Assembly: GCA_051294375.1 (NCBI GenBank)
Contig: CM119268.1
Location: forward strand, 9,731,216 to 9,795,215
DNA from: Paraspadella gotoi
Taxonomy: Eukaryota; Animalia; Chaetognatha
Direction of reading: 5' to 3'
DNA: 64,000 nt
Positions 1-13,400 of this stretch are shown piece after piece; the first letter of the stretch is position 1, and each line of letters opens with the position of its first letter. The position numbers were made by a program, and so were the translations under genes. The notes below the pieces were generated by a model. It saw only the letters and a program-made list of their open reading frames with translations, made no database searches and was not told where the DNA came from.

Positions 1-684
1 GTTTAATGACCTAAATACCAATTATTGACGTGCTATTATTTAAAAAAAAAATTGAGGATTATATTTTATTCAATAATGTTTGGCTTGTTCATAGTAACTT
101 TTTTTCTCCTTTTCGTTTTTTCAATGTTCACTTTTCCTTCTACATTCCTAATTTTGCTGCAGCTTCCATTCCATCCTTTTTCTTCCTTTAAATTATAATT
201 AAAGTAGTCAAGTTCATGAACAAGCAGATTTCCTAAATTACGTTATATATAAAGGAGAAATCACGTGATTCATCTCTATTTTCCCAATAGTTTCTAGCAC
301 GGGTAGGTTTCTTCGTCTGGCGCCCGACACTTATGGTCACCTTTCTTGCAGCGTACACCTCGTTCGGATTTTCGTTCTCTCGTTTATCCCGCGTCCTTCC
401 CTTCTCTCCATCTCTTCTCTTCGATCAACTTCTCATCTTCCGGATTTTTTTTCCCCCCGTTTTCGATTTTACCGTTACGAAATCTCTCTTTTTCCTTTCG
501 CGATTTCGCGATTCGACAATCGACACTTGATCAATGAATGGATAATTGGATATCCTTTGTTTTTTAGACGCGACCATTCGCATCTGTAGGTAAAAAGGAT
601 TCGAAATCTGTCTGTCTGTATCACTCTCTCTCTCTCTTTTCTCCCTCTCTCTATCTGTTGTTTTTCTAGTAAGGTTCATCGCGT

Positions 685-720
685 CTCTACCTTATTTCCG
701 TATTTTTTCCTCCCTCTCTC

Positions 721-805
<85 letters not shown>

Positions 806-833
806 CCTCCCTCTCTCTCTTCTCTCTCTCTCT
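685..833. repeat. (CT)n microsatellite tract
   Basis: Interrupted CT dinucleotide run. Confidence 0.95.
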
Positions 834-1080
834 CAGATGGTGGATCTATGATTTGAAATTGTTACATTTCGAATAGACATAGATTAATAGCGTTTTGTTT
901 ATAATAAAACTCTGATCTAAATCTGAAGAAAGATTTTATTCACATTCATTTTCTCTCGACAACCAATGCCATTGGTAATGGCCATCTTCCCAATCTCGAA
1001 TCACTCAGAAAACGTTTCCCCGTGAATCGACAAAAGCAGAGGACACACTTCGCGATGCTATGCCTATGGTCAACATTATT

Positions 1081-2819
1081 CATTTACAGTTGTGCACTGC
1101 CCCCACCAATGTTAGAGGCGGAAGCGACTTTGTGTCGTCGTCGTCAATGTCGTCGTCGTTCGGTTCGTCGCCTACGAACCCGACGCTAATCACGATTCCG
1201 TTTCCAGCTGGAGAGAGGCGCGTCCGATGCTGCTGCAGCGGTGCCTGCGACAGCGACCGGAAACGACTCGACGCTTCCGCCGCAGCGGGGAGACGCGGGG
1301 AATAAAGGGAAAATTTTTTCTTCTGAGGTTGTTGGGATTGAGTTATTCTGGGGACTAGGAATTTTTAACAATGCGACTTTTTTTAGTAAATAGGTAATAT
1401 AAATTCAGTTTTTTTTTCTTTTGTCCGGTCGTTTTCAAGGGCGAAGTAGTACGATGTAGCATTAGAAGTATTAGTAAATATAGGAGAGTAGTTGTAGTAA
1501 ATAGTAGTTCAACAATATAGGATTTTTAATAGTATAGTCTAGAGTAAGTCGGAAGTAAAAATATGATAATCAGAATGACTAATAGGCTACGCGCTTTAAA
1601 GCAAACAAACTCTCCTCTCACTTTTCTCTTATTTTGGACGGAGTACTTTGTTGTAATCTGATAGATTGTTCTCGTACAAAAGGTTTTGAAGGACTCTGAA
1701 TCCGTACCCGGCCTACAGTTTTCTCCTTCGCTCAATATAAAATTTAAAGAAATAAGCATTTATCTTTATCAAATTTACACTTCTGCTTCTCACTTTTTTG
1801 AGTACACCATCCTATATATAAATCATATGTAAAAATAAGTAAAAACTAGAAATATCGATTATTCAATATATATATATATATATTATATTATATATATTAT
1901 TATTATTATTATTATATATTATATATATAAATTAAAAAAGTGATTTAACTAAATTTTTGTTTGAATATCAAAATAAGGGATTACAAATTTCATTCATATT
2001 TAAGAGTATTTTTTTAACTTTTGATTAAGGACAATGGGTACACGGGATTGAATAGAAATAATACGTATAATAAAATACATTTTTTCAAAAAATATATTTT
2101 TTACAAACTTTGTGGTTTGAGTTATCAGAAATAATTTTTTGTCTCTTTTTTCTTAATTAGAATAGTCTCGAGAAACCAAAAGCTACCAGTATTGGTTATA
2201 TATATATTAATATAATGAGACAATGCACTAATTTAAAAAAACATGTATGGAACTATGGAACATATTTTATATTTAATAACATCTGTATTTTAATGTCAGA
2301 ATTATTTTTTGTGAATGAAATGTAATTGAACAAGACGTATTAAAATTTGGGGTTTAGATTTAAAATGGCCCAACTGTTTCCTTAAAAGCATAAAATACAG
2401 AGATCAAATCATTTTGCGGATTCGGTGAAAAAAAATCAGTCGGTATATGGTTTATCTCAACCGCAAAAACAATTTTTTCAAGTCTTAAAATTTTGGCAAA
2501 TTAAATTATAAAATCATTATATATATATATTCAATAGTATTCTTGTTGATTTTTTTTCTTTAATAAAATAAAAATTTTAATTTTATCCCCTCTTTTATTT
2601 AAAAAAAAATTACGTCGTACAGTAAATCCAAAGCAATTATCAATACCAGAAATTATTCCAGTCGTGAACCTATTCCAAAATGTCTTAACAGGAAAGCATC
2701 TAAACTGTACTAGGAGGTTCTATATTTCTTTAATGAAGAAATAATGAGAAAAATACATTTTTCGGCTTCTGCAAGGAACATGCTGCTTTAATTTTTCAAA
2801 TACAATATTCTTCTTATCC
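1081..2819 (-). CDS. Putative multi-exon gene of unknown function (3' part only)
   Basis: Phase-compatible candidate exons at about 1622-1712 (RPGTDSESFKTFCTRTIYQITTKYSVQNKRK, donor GTGAGA) and about 1081-1322 (KKKFSLYSPRL...DDDDTKSLPPLTLVGAVHNCK*). Weaker small exons lie near 2670-2820 and a CpG-rich stretch at about 3500-3720. No recognisable domain. Confidence 0.3.
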
Positions 2820-4574
2820 CTAGGTTTACGTATTACGATATGAAGCATACAAATAATAATTTTGCCATTTATCTTTAAAAATAATTCGACCCATCTGAAC
2901 CTTTTTGGCAAGACAATCTTAATTTTAGTATACCTTTATTTTCTCAATGAGGCATTGGAAATCTTTTCATCGCATATAAAAGCAGTCAAAATATCATTCC
3001 TTTTTCTGTATTTCCACGACTACACAGTTATTATGATCAATATCTCTGAAAAAAATCAAGGCTTGTTTCGCTCTCAGGCACGCCATTAAAAACCATACTG
3101 ATACCATGAATAAATGAATGATTAAAAGATCCGTACATTTTATATTTAAATCCAATGTCAATTTGTATATTTCGAAAAGAAGAAATAATAGTCTATGACG
3201 ATTATAATTCGAGTTGAAAATCTTTTTTACATTGAAACTAAAAGAAAGAAAAAGAAAAAAAAAGAGAGAAAACAAATAAATAAGATAAAAATAAGGAAAG
3301 ACACATCGAAGAAGAGAGCTCTTTTTTTTTTCCCAACTTCCTATTTTTAGCCCATTCCTTCGGAGAGAATATATATACCCACGATGATCATGCAATCTGC
3401 CTTCTCTGAAATAAAGAAAATCCTGGAAACCCGGGAAGGTTTTTTCTCTTTTTACTCTAATTCTGTTACAAGATCCAAATATCCGACGGGAACGGAAATG
3501 ACGACGATAAAAGCGACGACGACAGTTAGAGCGACTTAAATTCGTCCTCGGACGGGGTGGCGTTATTTTCATGAAATTTGAGAAATAAAACGAGACGACA
3601 TTAACGTTTGCGCCGCGAGAAAACGGGACGTCAAATGAGAATTCTCGCATTACCCGGAGGAGCAACGAGAAAATTAGGAATATAATCCTTTAAAATCCCG
3701 CCAGACCAACAGACGCAACGGTAAAAAGGGTTAAATTATATGAGAACTTGAGAATTATAGTCGTGAAATACTGAGTTTTTTTAATTCTATATAAATTATT
3801 GCACTGGAAAAATTTTCGTCTTTCTTGATCACTGATCATTGATATAGTATTGGATACATCTCTTCGGGAGTAAAGGTCAAAGTTTATAATATACATAACA
3901 AATTGCGTAGTTTTGAATTATTGGAATAAAATAAGAGGTACAGTACTACTGTCAGTGGTAGTAAAAACGCTTATGGTTAGAGAAAGCTCGGTTAATTTTA
4001 TTATAATCACAAATCCAACGGAGATGTCACGGCAAAAATGAAACTTTTTGGCGGACCACAAACCTCCAATACAGCTACAGTCGAAAGTAATTTATCCTTT
4101 TGTCTGCTTTTATCAATTAAAATTTAAACGTATATTTTTTTTTCATAGTTTGCGTAAGTACGCACCTCGGAATAAGGTATAAAAAAATAAGTTTGAGCAA
4201 ACAATGTCGGATCTGCCCACGATCATTATCGGTAATTAATTAATTAATTAATTAATACAAACTATATAAACTAAAAAAATCATTTAATTAATAAATTAAT
4301 TAATTTTATCCGAAATGTTTGCTTTTAGGTCTTTTCATCACTGACCATGACGATGATGGCGACGACGACAATAATGCCGATAAAGATTGACTTGATTGAT
4401 TGATTAATTGATTAAAAAAATAATTAATTTATAAATAAATTGATAGATTGAATAATTAATTGATTGATTAATTAACCGACTAATTTATTATTTGTTAATT
4501 AATTAACTGATTAATTATTTAATTAATACCTCTTGCATTTACATTTATTATAAAATTTTTTAGTTAATCGCCCC

Positions 4575-4776
4575 ATCCACTTGTGAGTAATTGGCGTTCA
4601 AACAGTGAAATAAACTTTTTTGTTTTTTCCATTTAAACTCATTTCCACTTGCACGATTCCATCGAAACTTTATATCCAATTCTATCACACACTTACTTAC
4701 CCACACACAAAATTTCATTCCAATCCATCCATCCAATCACGAGTAATTGGAGTATTTTGCTAAGGTGGGATGGATG

Positions 4777-4831
<55 letters not shown>

Positions 4832-4996
4832 GGACAGACAGACAGATGGTCGGATATTGTTTTTTTTATAATATATCATAATTCGATATTCTGACATGAT
4901 ATATGTGAAGGCCCAACAAGATTGAGGGGGCGGACCGACGGACCGGCAAAGTGAATTATAGAGTCGGGATCTGCTGAAAGCAGATCCGACTAAAAA
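4575..4996 (+). mobile_element. Non-autonomous Helentron/HINE-like element fragment(s) with (GACA)n microsatellite and terminal hairpin
   Basis: (GACA)n run at about 4777-4845. Downstream GACCGACGGACC...TTATAG is followed by hairpin AGTCGGGATCTGCT-GAA-AGCAGATCCGACT (4962-4991) and an A-run. This microsatellite plus terminal stem-loop layout is typical of HINE/DINE-1-like elements, and the same end design recurs at 59471-59545. Confidence 0.5.
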
Positions 4997-5767
4997 TCTT
5001 AATTGCCGCGACCACAAAATTCTCGAAAGTTTCTGAATTTATGACAATTTTCATTTGTCAATTAGAGAAGAGTCCCTTTCTAAACTTTCAAAACATTTTC
5101 GTAAGAAAATTGTTTTATCAGTTTTAATTGTTAATTAAAATAAGCGCGCCGGCTGTCCAAAAGGAAACAAATTGTTTACGTGATGATGGGTTCGAAAACG
5201 TTCTATTAATATTCTTCAAATGTTATTTACAAAATTTCGCTTCCCTCAATATTTTGTGCAATAGTTTTAATAAAACTACTTCTCAAAATTAATTAACTTA
5301 ATTAGATCCCAGTTTTAAATGATCAACATTTTCTAATTTTCTAAATATTTTTTTTTGCCGAAATCCATCAAATAACATAACTGGTAGATTTAGCTTCAGT
5401 TGGTTTAGATTGTTTTGGTGATCGTGGTGTCAATGCTTTCTTTTTCACTAAATAAACCATTAAAACTAAAGGCAAAATTATAACAATTCTTTTAGCTGGA
5501 AAGCTTAGTAAGGCATAACAACGTTAATCACCTATCATTATTTTCAAACAGGTTCTTTTATATGCTTCTTCTTTCAGAAAGTCATAACATGAAGCCGAAA
5601 AAATGTATTGCTTCTCTTTTCTAAAACTGCTCTGCCATGCTCGACATGCTCTGCATTGCTCGTCCTTAGTTCCAAAAAAAGCCTCACTATTTTCATTGAC
5701 ACTACCACAGAATATTTAATGGTCCTTTTTTTCTAGAACTCAAATTCATTCGAAGGAGAAAACTAAA

Positions 5768-6238
5768 ATGACTCAAAACCACATTGTATTCGTGTACGGC
5801 ACTCTGAAAAAGGGCCAGCCGAACCACAGCTACTTAATTACTCCGCGGCGCGGAAGCCCCCCCACGTTCGTCGGGCAAGCGGAGACCGTCGACAAGTGGC
5901 CCCTGTTGATCGCCTTCGCGGGCAACGTGCCGTGCCTTTCCTCGGCCAAGGGTCGAGGGTTCCGCGTCAAGGGCGAAGTCTATCGAGTCGACGACGACCT
6001 ATTGGACTTCCTCGACGAGTTCGAGGGATGCCCCGACGACTACGAGAGGCGCAGAATTGTCGTCGAGCCGTTGGAGGGTACCGGGGCGCGCGGGTCGTCG
6101 TCGATCGAATGCTGGTGCTACTTTATAAAGGACAATACGATTTTGACGGACGATTCCGTTTGCTACGAAGAGTACGATTCAAACGGGAGTCATGGTCTCG
6201 TTTACATTCCGGAATTGGACGAGTTAGGCATTTTCTGA
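5768..6238 (+). CDS. GGACT: Gamma-glutamylamine cyclotransferase (GGACT/AIG2-like), single coding exon, 156 aa
   Basis: Family motifs VFVYGTLKKGQPNH, VKGEVYRVDD, LDEFEGCPDDYERR (catalytic Glu region) and CWCYF. AATAAA at about 6324. Confidence 0.9.
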   Translation: MTQNHIVFVYGTLKKGQPNHSYLITPRRGSPPTFVGQAETVDKWPLLIAFAGNVPCLSSAKGRGFRVKGEVYRVDDDLLDFLDEFEGCPDDYERRRIVVEPLEGTGARGSSSIECWCYFIKDNTILTDDSVCYEEYDSNGSHGLVYIPELDELGIF

Positions 6239-7434
6239 GCGCTGAACTTCACTGTGACTTCACCGTGATTTGGAATTTATTATTGTTAATTGGGGCACGA
6301 TAGTTATAATTTGCGATGTTTAAAATAAAAATCTTTTCGAGCGATGAAAATTAATATTGTGACGAAGATTGCGGCAACTGCCAGTTTACAAAAGATCCAA
6401 AAATAACTCATTACATTTAATTTTAATTTTAGTGCACCAGTTAAAGCAGTTCAGCCTTATAGTAGTTAGTTTTAATTAGTCAGATTTAATCACAAAGCGA
6501 TAGATCTACCTCAATTTTTCAGTTGAAACTTAAATCAGACTCTATTAGATCGTGGGGACACGTGATCTCAGATTGTTAATATTAAAATTCAATTATTCAT
6601 ATCACCAAGCCTGACATATAAGACGTTTCGGTCGTTCGAGTTGTCATTCTCTATTGCTCAGGTTCGCAGTCACAAAAATCTATATTAATTTGAAATATGT
6701 CGGTAAAATAATAGAATTGCTCTTAAACTTCAAATCGAGGCTCTGCAGGCTCTTTTCAAAAATTCTTCTCTGGGTATAATTTACATACTTAATATTTATT
6801 ATTCTTTTCTTTCTCCTTTTTATACCACCAGGATTGGATTCTAATTTAAAAACAAGTTTTAATTAAATTTGGTTATTCTAAGAAACACCTAGGATTTGAA
6901 TTTTAACGCATTTTTAAAACTAGTACTTAAAAATCGAGCAAGATCTTCGATAAAACTTGATAGCAAATATTTTGGCTCCGTTCTACCGTCGATAATCGTT
7001 AGATAAACTTCGATTATAAACCGCATTTTACAAAAAAATGATTCGTAATTTCTTTAAAACTTACACAGAAAAAAAGCAAAGCAAATCACGCAAGCAAGCA
7101 AAGAAAATGTACTTAGTTACCTAAAGTAACTGCAGAAATCTTCTCACACGTGTATTTCGTTTTCAGATCCTTGAAAAAACGACTTTGCAACGGCGATGAC
7201 TATTAACAGCGACTTCGAAAGAAAGATCGAAAACCCTCTAATCATTTGCCATGCTCCTGGAAAATAAAAGGAAAAAACAAATCGGCGACATCTCGCGTTT
7301 ACGTCGCGAACGAAACTAAAAAAAAATAAAACAAAATGACTCAGTCGAAGCGACCAAAGTCTCCGGTGATTTGAGACGAGAACGCTCACCCGCCTGCTCC
7401 TCCTCCTCCTCCACAACCTGCCCTCTTTCTCTGG

Positions 7435-10400
7435 ATGGAGAAACGTTTAACGAAGTCGACGCCGACGTCGGAGATAAAACGAAGCGGGATCCGCCATCGC
7501 GAGGCGTCGAGGATTTCGTATCCCGTCGACGAGCGCCGAACCGACGCCGATAAACCCGACGACGCCGAGGTACCGAGCAAAAACCGCGGCGGCGTCTCTT
7601 GCGTTCGCCGTCGCCAGCGGAGGAGGGTCTCCGTTGGTGACCAGTGCGTCTTCAGGGAGATCCTCCACAGCGTCGCGGCCAATCGCGACCCCGCCCACGG
7701 CTTCCGCGCCACGGTCTCGACGAGAGGTTCCGTCAAGTCCGCCGCGACGAGAAACGCGCGAAGATCGGTTGACGCCTCGCCGGCGTCTACTTTTGGGTAA
7801 TCTAGTTCCTATGTGTCTGTCTGAAGACAAATTAGAAAACTTTGACATAAAAACGTCTTGTTTTCTCGTTTCTTGCTGAGGTCTATGACAATTTTTGTTA
7901 CATTTAATGTCACGATTGTTGGCAAAGGTTGACTTACCCGCTCACTGCATAGTGCGTTGCCTATTCAATTCATTTCCCGATAAGTAAACGTTCTTTGTCC
8001 TCATTACCATTTACTTTGGCTTCATTTCGCGCGCTCTTTTTTGTCTCTCTTCGTAATCGTATTTCTCTTCTTCTGACATCAGTTAGCCTTTTGTTGTTTC
8101 TTTCTTTCTTTTCTCATCAGCCGTTTGCCTTTTGTTTCGTTGGTCTCAGATCGACGACCTCGCTCTCTAAATCCCCTCTCTCCTTTGCGCGTCCTTGCGT
8201 CATCTTTCCTCTGGCCGAACCCAGCAGCTATTCCAACTCCCGACGCTGCTTCGATGCCGTCGTCAGAATGAGAAACGACCGTAAGGTAAGGTGACGAATA
8301 AAATAAACAGTTCCCCTTGTATTTGCTTATCCCAAAATTGACCCTTACCCGCAGGATGCGTCGGGGTCTAACTTGTCCGTCAGCAGCGGCGCCAGCTATT
8401 CGAAACCCAACAAAAATGTGACGGCCAAACAGCAAAAAGGCGGGCGAATTTCTAAATAAAGTTTTTGCCGATGATGATAATAATAATAAATATATTCTTT
8501 TTTTTTTTCTTGAAGCAATGGTCGTGGTCAACTCGGAAAAGAATTCTGCTTCCAGCAACTCATCCCCACCGCAGTTAAAAAGTAATTCCCTTTTATCAGA
8601 TTCATAATCAATCAAATTTCAACATATAATCAATATGCATACGAGGAGATCCACGGGTACCGACCTCAAAAAAAATTGCCACATCACCCATACGACTTAT
8701 CCATTGGTCAAGATATAGATTTTATTAGTTAGAAAAGTCCTGAAATTATTTTTTGTGCTCGTCCTATAAAACATATGACGACATCATCACTTCATATATT
8801 ACAGTGCAAAAACTTGACATTTTTTTCTGGCGGGAAAGAATCTTGATTTTTAAAGATTGACTTACCCTTTTTAAAAAAAATTTACTAACTTTCATGCTAA
8901 AAACAGGAAGTCCTTGACTTTGTCCGGCTCATAAAAAAGTACAATAGACAAGACCTAATAGTGAGAGTGAAGCTCAAAGCAGAAAACCTGAACCTTAAAG
9001 AATTCGAAAATCAGAAAACTTGAAAAAGCGATATGAACTTTGTGTTGTTACAGGGAGCAAACACTTTGATTTTGCAATAGGATGATGGTACTTAAAAAAG
9101 TTTTCATGACTTGTGATTGATTTGCTACGTGAATTAAAATTGTATTTAAATTGGTTACCGAACTATTAAAATTATTTAGAGGTCGGTACCCGTAATTTTT
9201 GCATTTGAAATTATAAAAAAATTATTATTCGATAAATCATGTAATTGATTACCAGAACGCCTATGGCACCGTAATTACCACAACCGAAATAAATAAGCTC
9301 TCTTGGTCAGGCTACGTATGGAATTGTTTTTTTTTTTTTAGTAATGTGGTCACGATGTTCTCATGTTCAGGCGTCCCGTATGCGTCAACTCCTCTCGGCC
9401 ACGGAAACGGAAATAACAACGGCAACGTCGACGTCACCGCCGGTTCTGCTGCTGCATCAAAATCCTGTTGCTTTTGTTGGTGCTGCTGTTGTTCATGTTC
9501 GTGGTAAGTTGAACAAAACGCCTGACAATATTCGAAAAACATAATGGAACAACCTTTTTTGTTTTGTTTATAGGTTGAAGTTAAGATCAGGCTCTTTATC
9601 ACTTAGGTATGTATCAGATGATGTGTGATGAAAGTATAACATGTTCTATTTGTAAGTGTTTGACTTTTAGGTAAGGTTACGTTTAGGCATAGTTGTTGAT
9701 TTGCGTTTTCTCGAAGCTTTCAAACGAGAAATTATAAATGGACATAGATTTTTGGAATGACAAATAATTTTTTTTCTAGATATAGATATATTTTTCAAAA
9801 TATAATTACGGAAAAAAAAGTTTATTTTCAGTTTGAGATAACCTTTTCTTCCCAATTTTTAAATTTAATTTAAAAGAAAATATGTTCAAGAAAAGCAATT
9901 CGTGTAAAATGGCTTGCAACGTATAAAATAATAGTCATGCGAAAGTATCACCTCTGTAAATGAAAAAAGTGAATTAAAATTTTTTTCTTTCTTGTGGATT
10001 TTCAGGCCCAATTACAAAAGGTAGGTAATCTATGTAACTTATATAGTTCAATGATTCGCTTTTCTAAATACTATCTTTGTTTTTACATTACTAAATACAA
10101 ATCAAGTACAAATTAATTTTAGTTTATACATAGTTTATTTGGTCAAAAACTTTTGGGCAACATCTTAACCCCGCTTTAAGATTCGAAAAGGGAATTTCTT
10201 TTTTTTCACAATTCTTGACCTTTTTCAAACTAAAAATCTTCTTTAAAAAATTACAAAACTATGCGAAAAACCTCCAAACTGTCCTGCAATAAAGTTAACT
10301 AATAATTTACTAAATGTAATACACCGTAAATGAAAAAAAAACAAGTAAAAAATAAACCTAAGAAAAGTAGCCTTCGATTATTAATAATTTAATTTTTTTT

Positions 10401-13400
10401 AAATAAAATTTATCGGATAAATATTCTCAAAGTGGATTACGTAGAGAATCATCATATTCCTTCATAGACAAAAAAGAAAGTGTGTTTATTAAATGATATT
10501 ATGAAGACTAAATAATCACTTGTATCCACAAATTAATAGGAATAAAATCCACTCAAAAGAGATAAAAATTATCAAACTTGCATGTGTCCCACTCAAGTGT
10601 TCGGCAAGCCTGGAATTAGACACAAGTTCGCAAAAAAAAAGGGGGAAAAAAAAAGAAATAAAAATAAAAGCAAAGCGAAACAAAATCAAAGTAGTTTATT
10701 AACCAATAACCTTCAAATGTTACAATTTAGAAGTAAAAATATACATTGAAATTTGAAAAAACAAAAAACAAAAAACTTAGAACGGACCCTCTGCGCGAAA
10801 AAAATATGTTTCCTCGATTTGAATTCAAAGCACAACTTCATTCATGTCGTCGTCGCAAGTTTATCCGCTATTCTGCCTCCTTTCGTCCGCATCCAGGCAC
10901 CTTCTGCGTCTTCATCGTCGTCGTCGTCGTTGTGGTCATAATGAACTTTCGTCCGAGGGGCTTCAGTCACAAAATAAAAAGATTCGGGAAGGGAGGGAGG
11001 TTGATCTTAGAGACGAGGCGTCCCGGTCGTCGACCTTTTCCAACCTTTGCTTCTTCCTTTTGCAATTTCCCCTTCCTTCCTGTTTACTGTCTAGAGTTGG
11101 ATACTGCCAAGACTTTATGAGAATACTCTTGGTCGGTCTGTCGGTCAGCTTATAAAAACGCGTTAAACAGCTAATATTTACATAAGAATAATCTTATTCA
11201 AGTGACATAAGAAAACAAAATAATAATGACCGTCACAATACGTGCCATATACATTTGTGGATTGTATATCCACCATTAGACCTTGCCATATATGAAAAGT
11301 TTTGAATCAAAAAACGGTATTGTGTAAAAGGTGCCCATACATCATATGAATTTTTTGAACATTTTTTTTCAAAAAAAAAATTTACAGTAAATGCTGCCAA
11401 CTTTGAAAAAAATGAAAAAAATGGAAAAAATAGACTTTTTGCTAAATATCTTTAAAAGCTTTATTGCTAGAGGGACGAAACCCAAACTATCTTGTAGAGT
11501 GAAAAAAATTGACTATGTTACATACCTTGCATTATAAATTAAGTTAGTTTTTTTACTAGGAAAATTTTTTTTAAAACCTATTGTTTTGGTCAATTTTTGA
11601 TAAAATTTTTAAAAAATAGAATATTTTTAACAATGTTTCGGAATATTTTGTAAAAAAAATTATGGCGAATTGAATAAAGAAAATAATTGCCTTTGTTTTG
11701 CTGAAAGAATTTTTAAAAAAGGATTATCGGTTAAAGAGTTATAATTTTGTTTAAATTTAAAAAAAAATCACTTTTCTTAATAATTATTTTTATTTAATAG
11801 TTTGAACGAAGCTAAAGGGAAAAAGGGAATGCACTTTTTCAGAGTAAATAAAACAAATAGTAATTCTATGATTTGACAATGGGTAACATTTAATATTTTG
11901 TCTCAGCCAGGTCATTAAAGTTTTTTTTAATTTTTTATCATTTTATAATGTAATTATGACTTTAAATAAGGTAGTTTTTTAAATTTTTTTTTACATAATA
12001 AAAAAAAAAGAAAAATTGACAAAAGCAGTTAAATTGATTAAAAATTGATAAAATGAGAACAAAAATAGTAAAATTAATGAAAGTTAAATAACTGAGAAAA
12101 GAGATTGCTTGCTGCTTGCCGGTCGAGAAAAAAAAAGGTTTAGTGCAAAAGGAAGAAAAACTAGTTTATTCATAATTTTTTTGTTATTCTATTCATATGA
12201 TATATAGTTCAATAATTAAGTCTATTGTAAATAAGTCATTTAGATTTAAAATATAATTTTAATTCATTTTTTGATTTTATTATTCATTTCATATCTTTTA
12301 TAGTTGATGAATTTATCAACAAGTTCGGAATCTATTTTCCTAAATTTATCAAGCAAGCTTAACTATATTTTTTACACAAGTCTTTTTATACAACCATTTT
12401 GGATTAAGCAACTATATTAACACAAATTAAATTCAACTCAGTTTCTGGAGAAACAAGCTTGACAAAAGTAATTTATGAAAGAAATAGAATACTAGTTTAT
12501 TTTTCATTTGGCACTCTAGATGATACTTTTTTTTTCTCGATCGGTAATGAGCAGCAAGCAACTCTTCCTCTCAGTGCGTCTTTTTTTCTCATTTTTATCA
12601 ATTTTTAATCATTTAATCGCTTTTGTCAATTTTTCTCTTTTCTTTTATTAGAAAAAAAAAAATTTAAAAACTACCTTATTTAAAAGTCATAATTTCCGTT
12701 ATAAAATGATAAAAATTTAAAAAAACTTTAATGACCAGGTGAGACAAAATATTAAAGTTACCCATTGTCAGATCATAATTTACTATTTTTTTATTTACTC
12801 TGAAAAAAGTGAATTCCCTTTTTCCCTTTAGCCTAGTTCAAACCTATTAAATAAAAATAATTATTAAGAAAAGTGATTTTTTTTAAATTTAAAAAAATTA
12901 TAACTTTTTTACCGATAATCCTTTTTTAAAAATTCTTTCAGCAAAACAAAGGCAATTATTTCTTTATTCAATTCGCCATAATTTTTTTTACAAAATATTT
13001 CACGAACATTGTTAAAAATATCATTTTTTAAAAATTTTATCAAAAATTGACCAAAACAATAGGTTTTAAAAAAAATTTTTCTTAGTAAAAAACTAACTTA
13101 ATTTATAATATGAGGTATGTAACATAGTCAATTTTTTCCACTCTACAAGATAGTTTGGGTTTCGTCCCTCTAGCAATAAAGCTTTTAAAGATATTTAGCA
13201 AAAAGTCCATTTTTTACCATTTTTTTTCATTTTTTTCAAAGTTGGCAGCATTTACTGTAAATTTTTTTTTGAAAAAAAATGTTCAAAAAATTCATATGAT
13301 GTATGGGCACCTTTTACACAATACTCGTTTTTTGATTTCAAAACTTTTCATATATGGCAAGGTCTAATCCACATTAAATAATATTTTGTTTAAAACATAA

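Noticed and set aside
341-411. Possible first coding exon of a minus-strand gene leaving the window (MERREGRGINERTKIRTRCTLQER)
   Set aside because: Too short, no homology, and no downstream exon visible to support it.
6620-6660. Minus-strand GACCGAAACGTC resembling a Penelope-type hammerhead ribozyme half
   Set aside because: The CUGANGA core is missing.
8281-8296. Three tandem splice donors after RGS exon 2 (GTAAGGTAAGGTGAC)
   Set aside because: Only the first keeps frame with the next exon, and nothing in the sequence shows the others are used.
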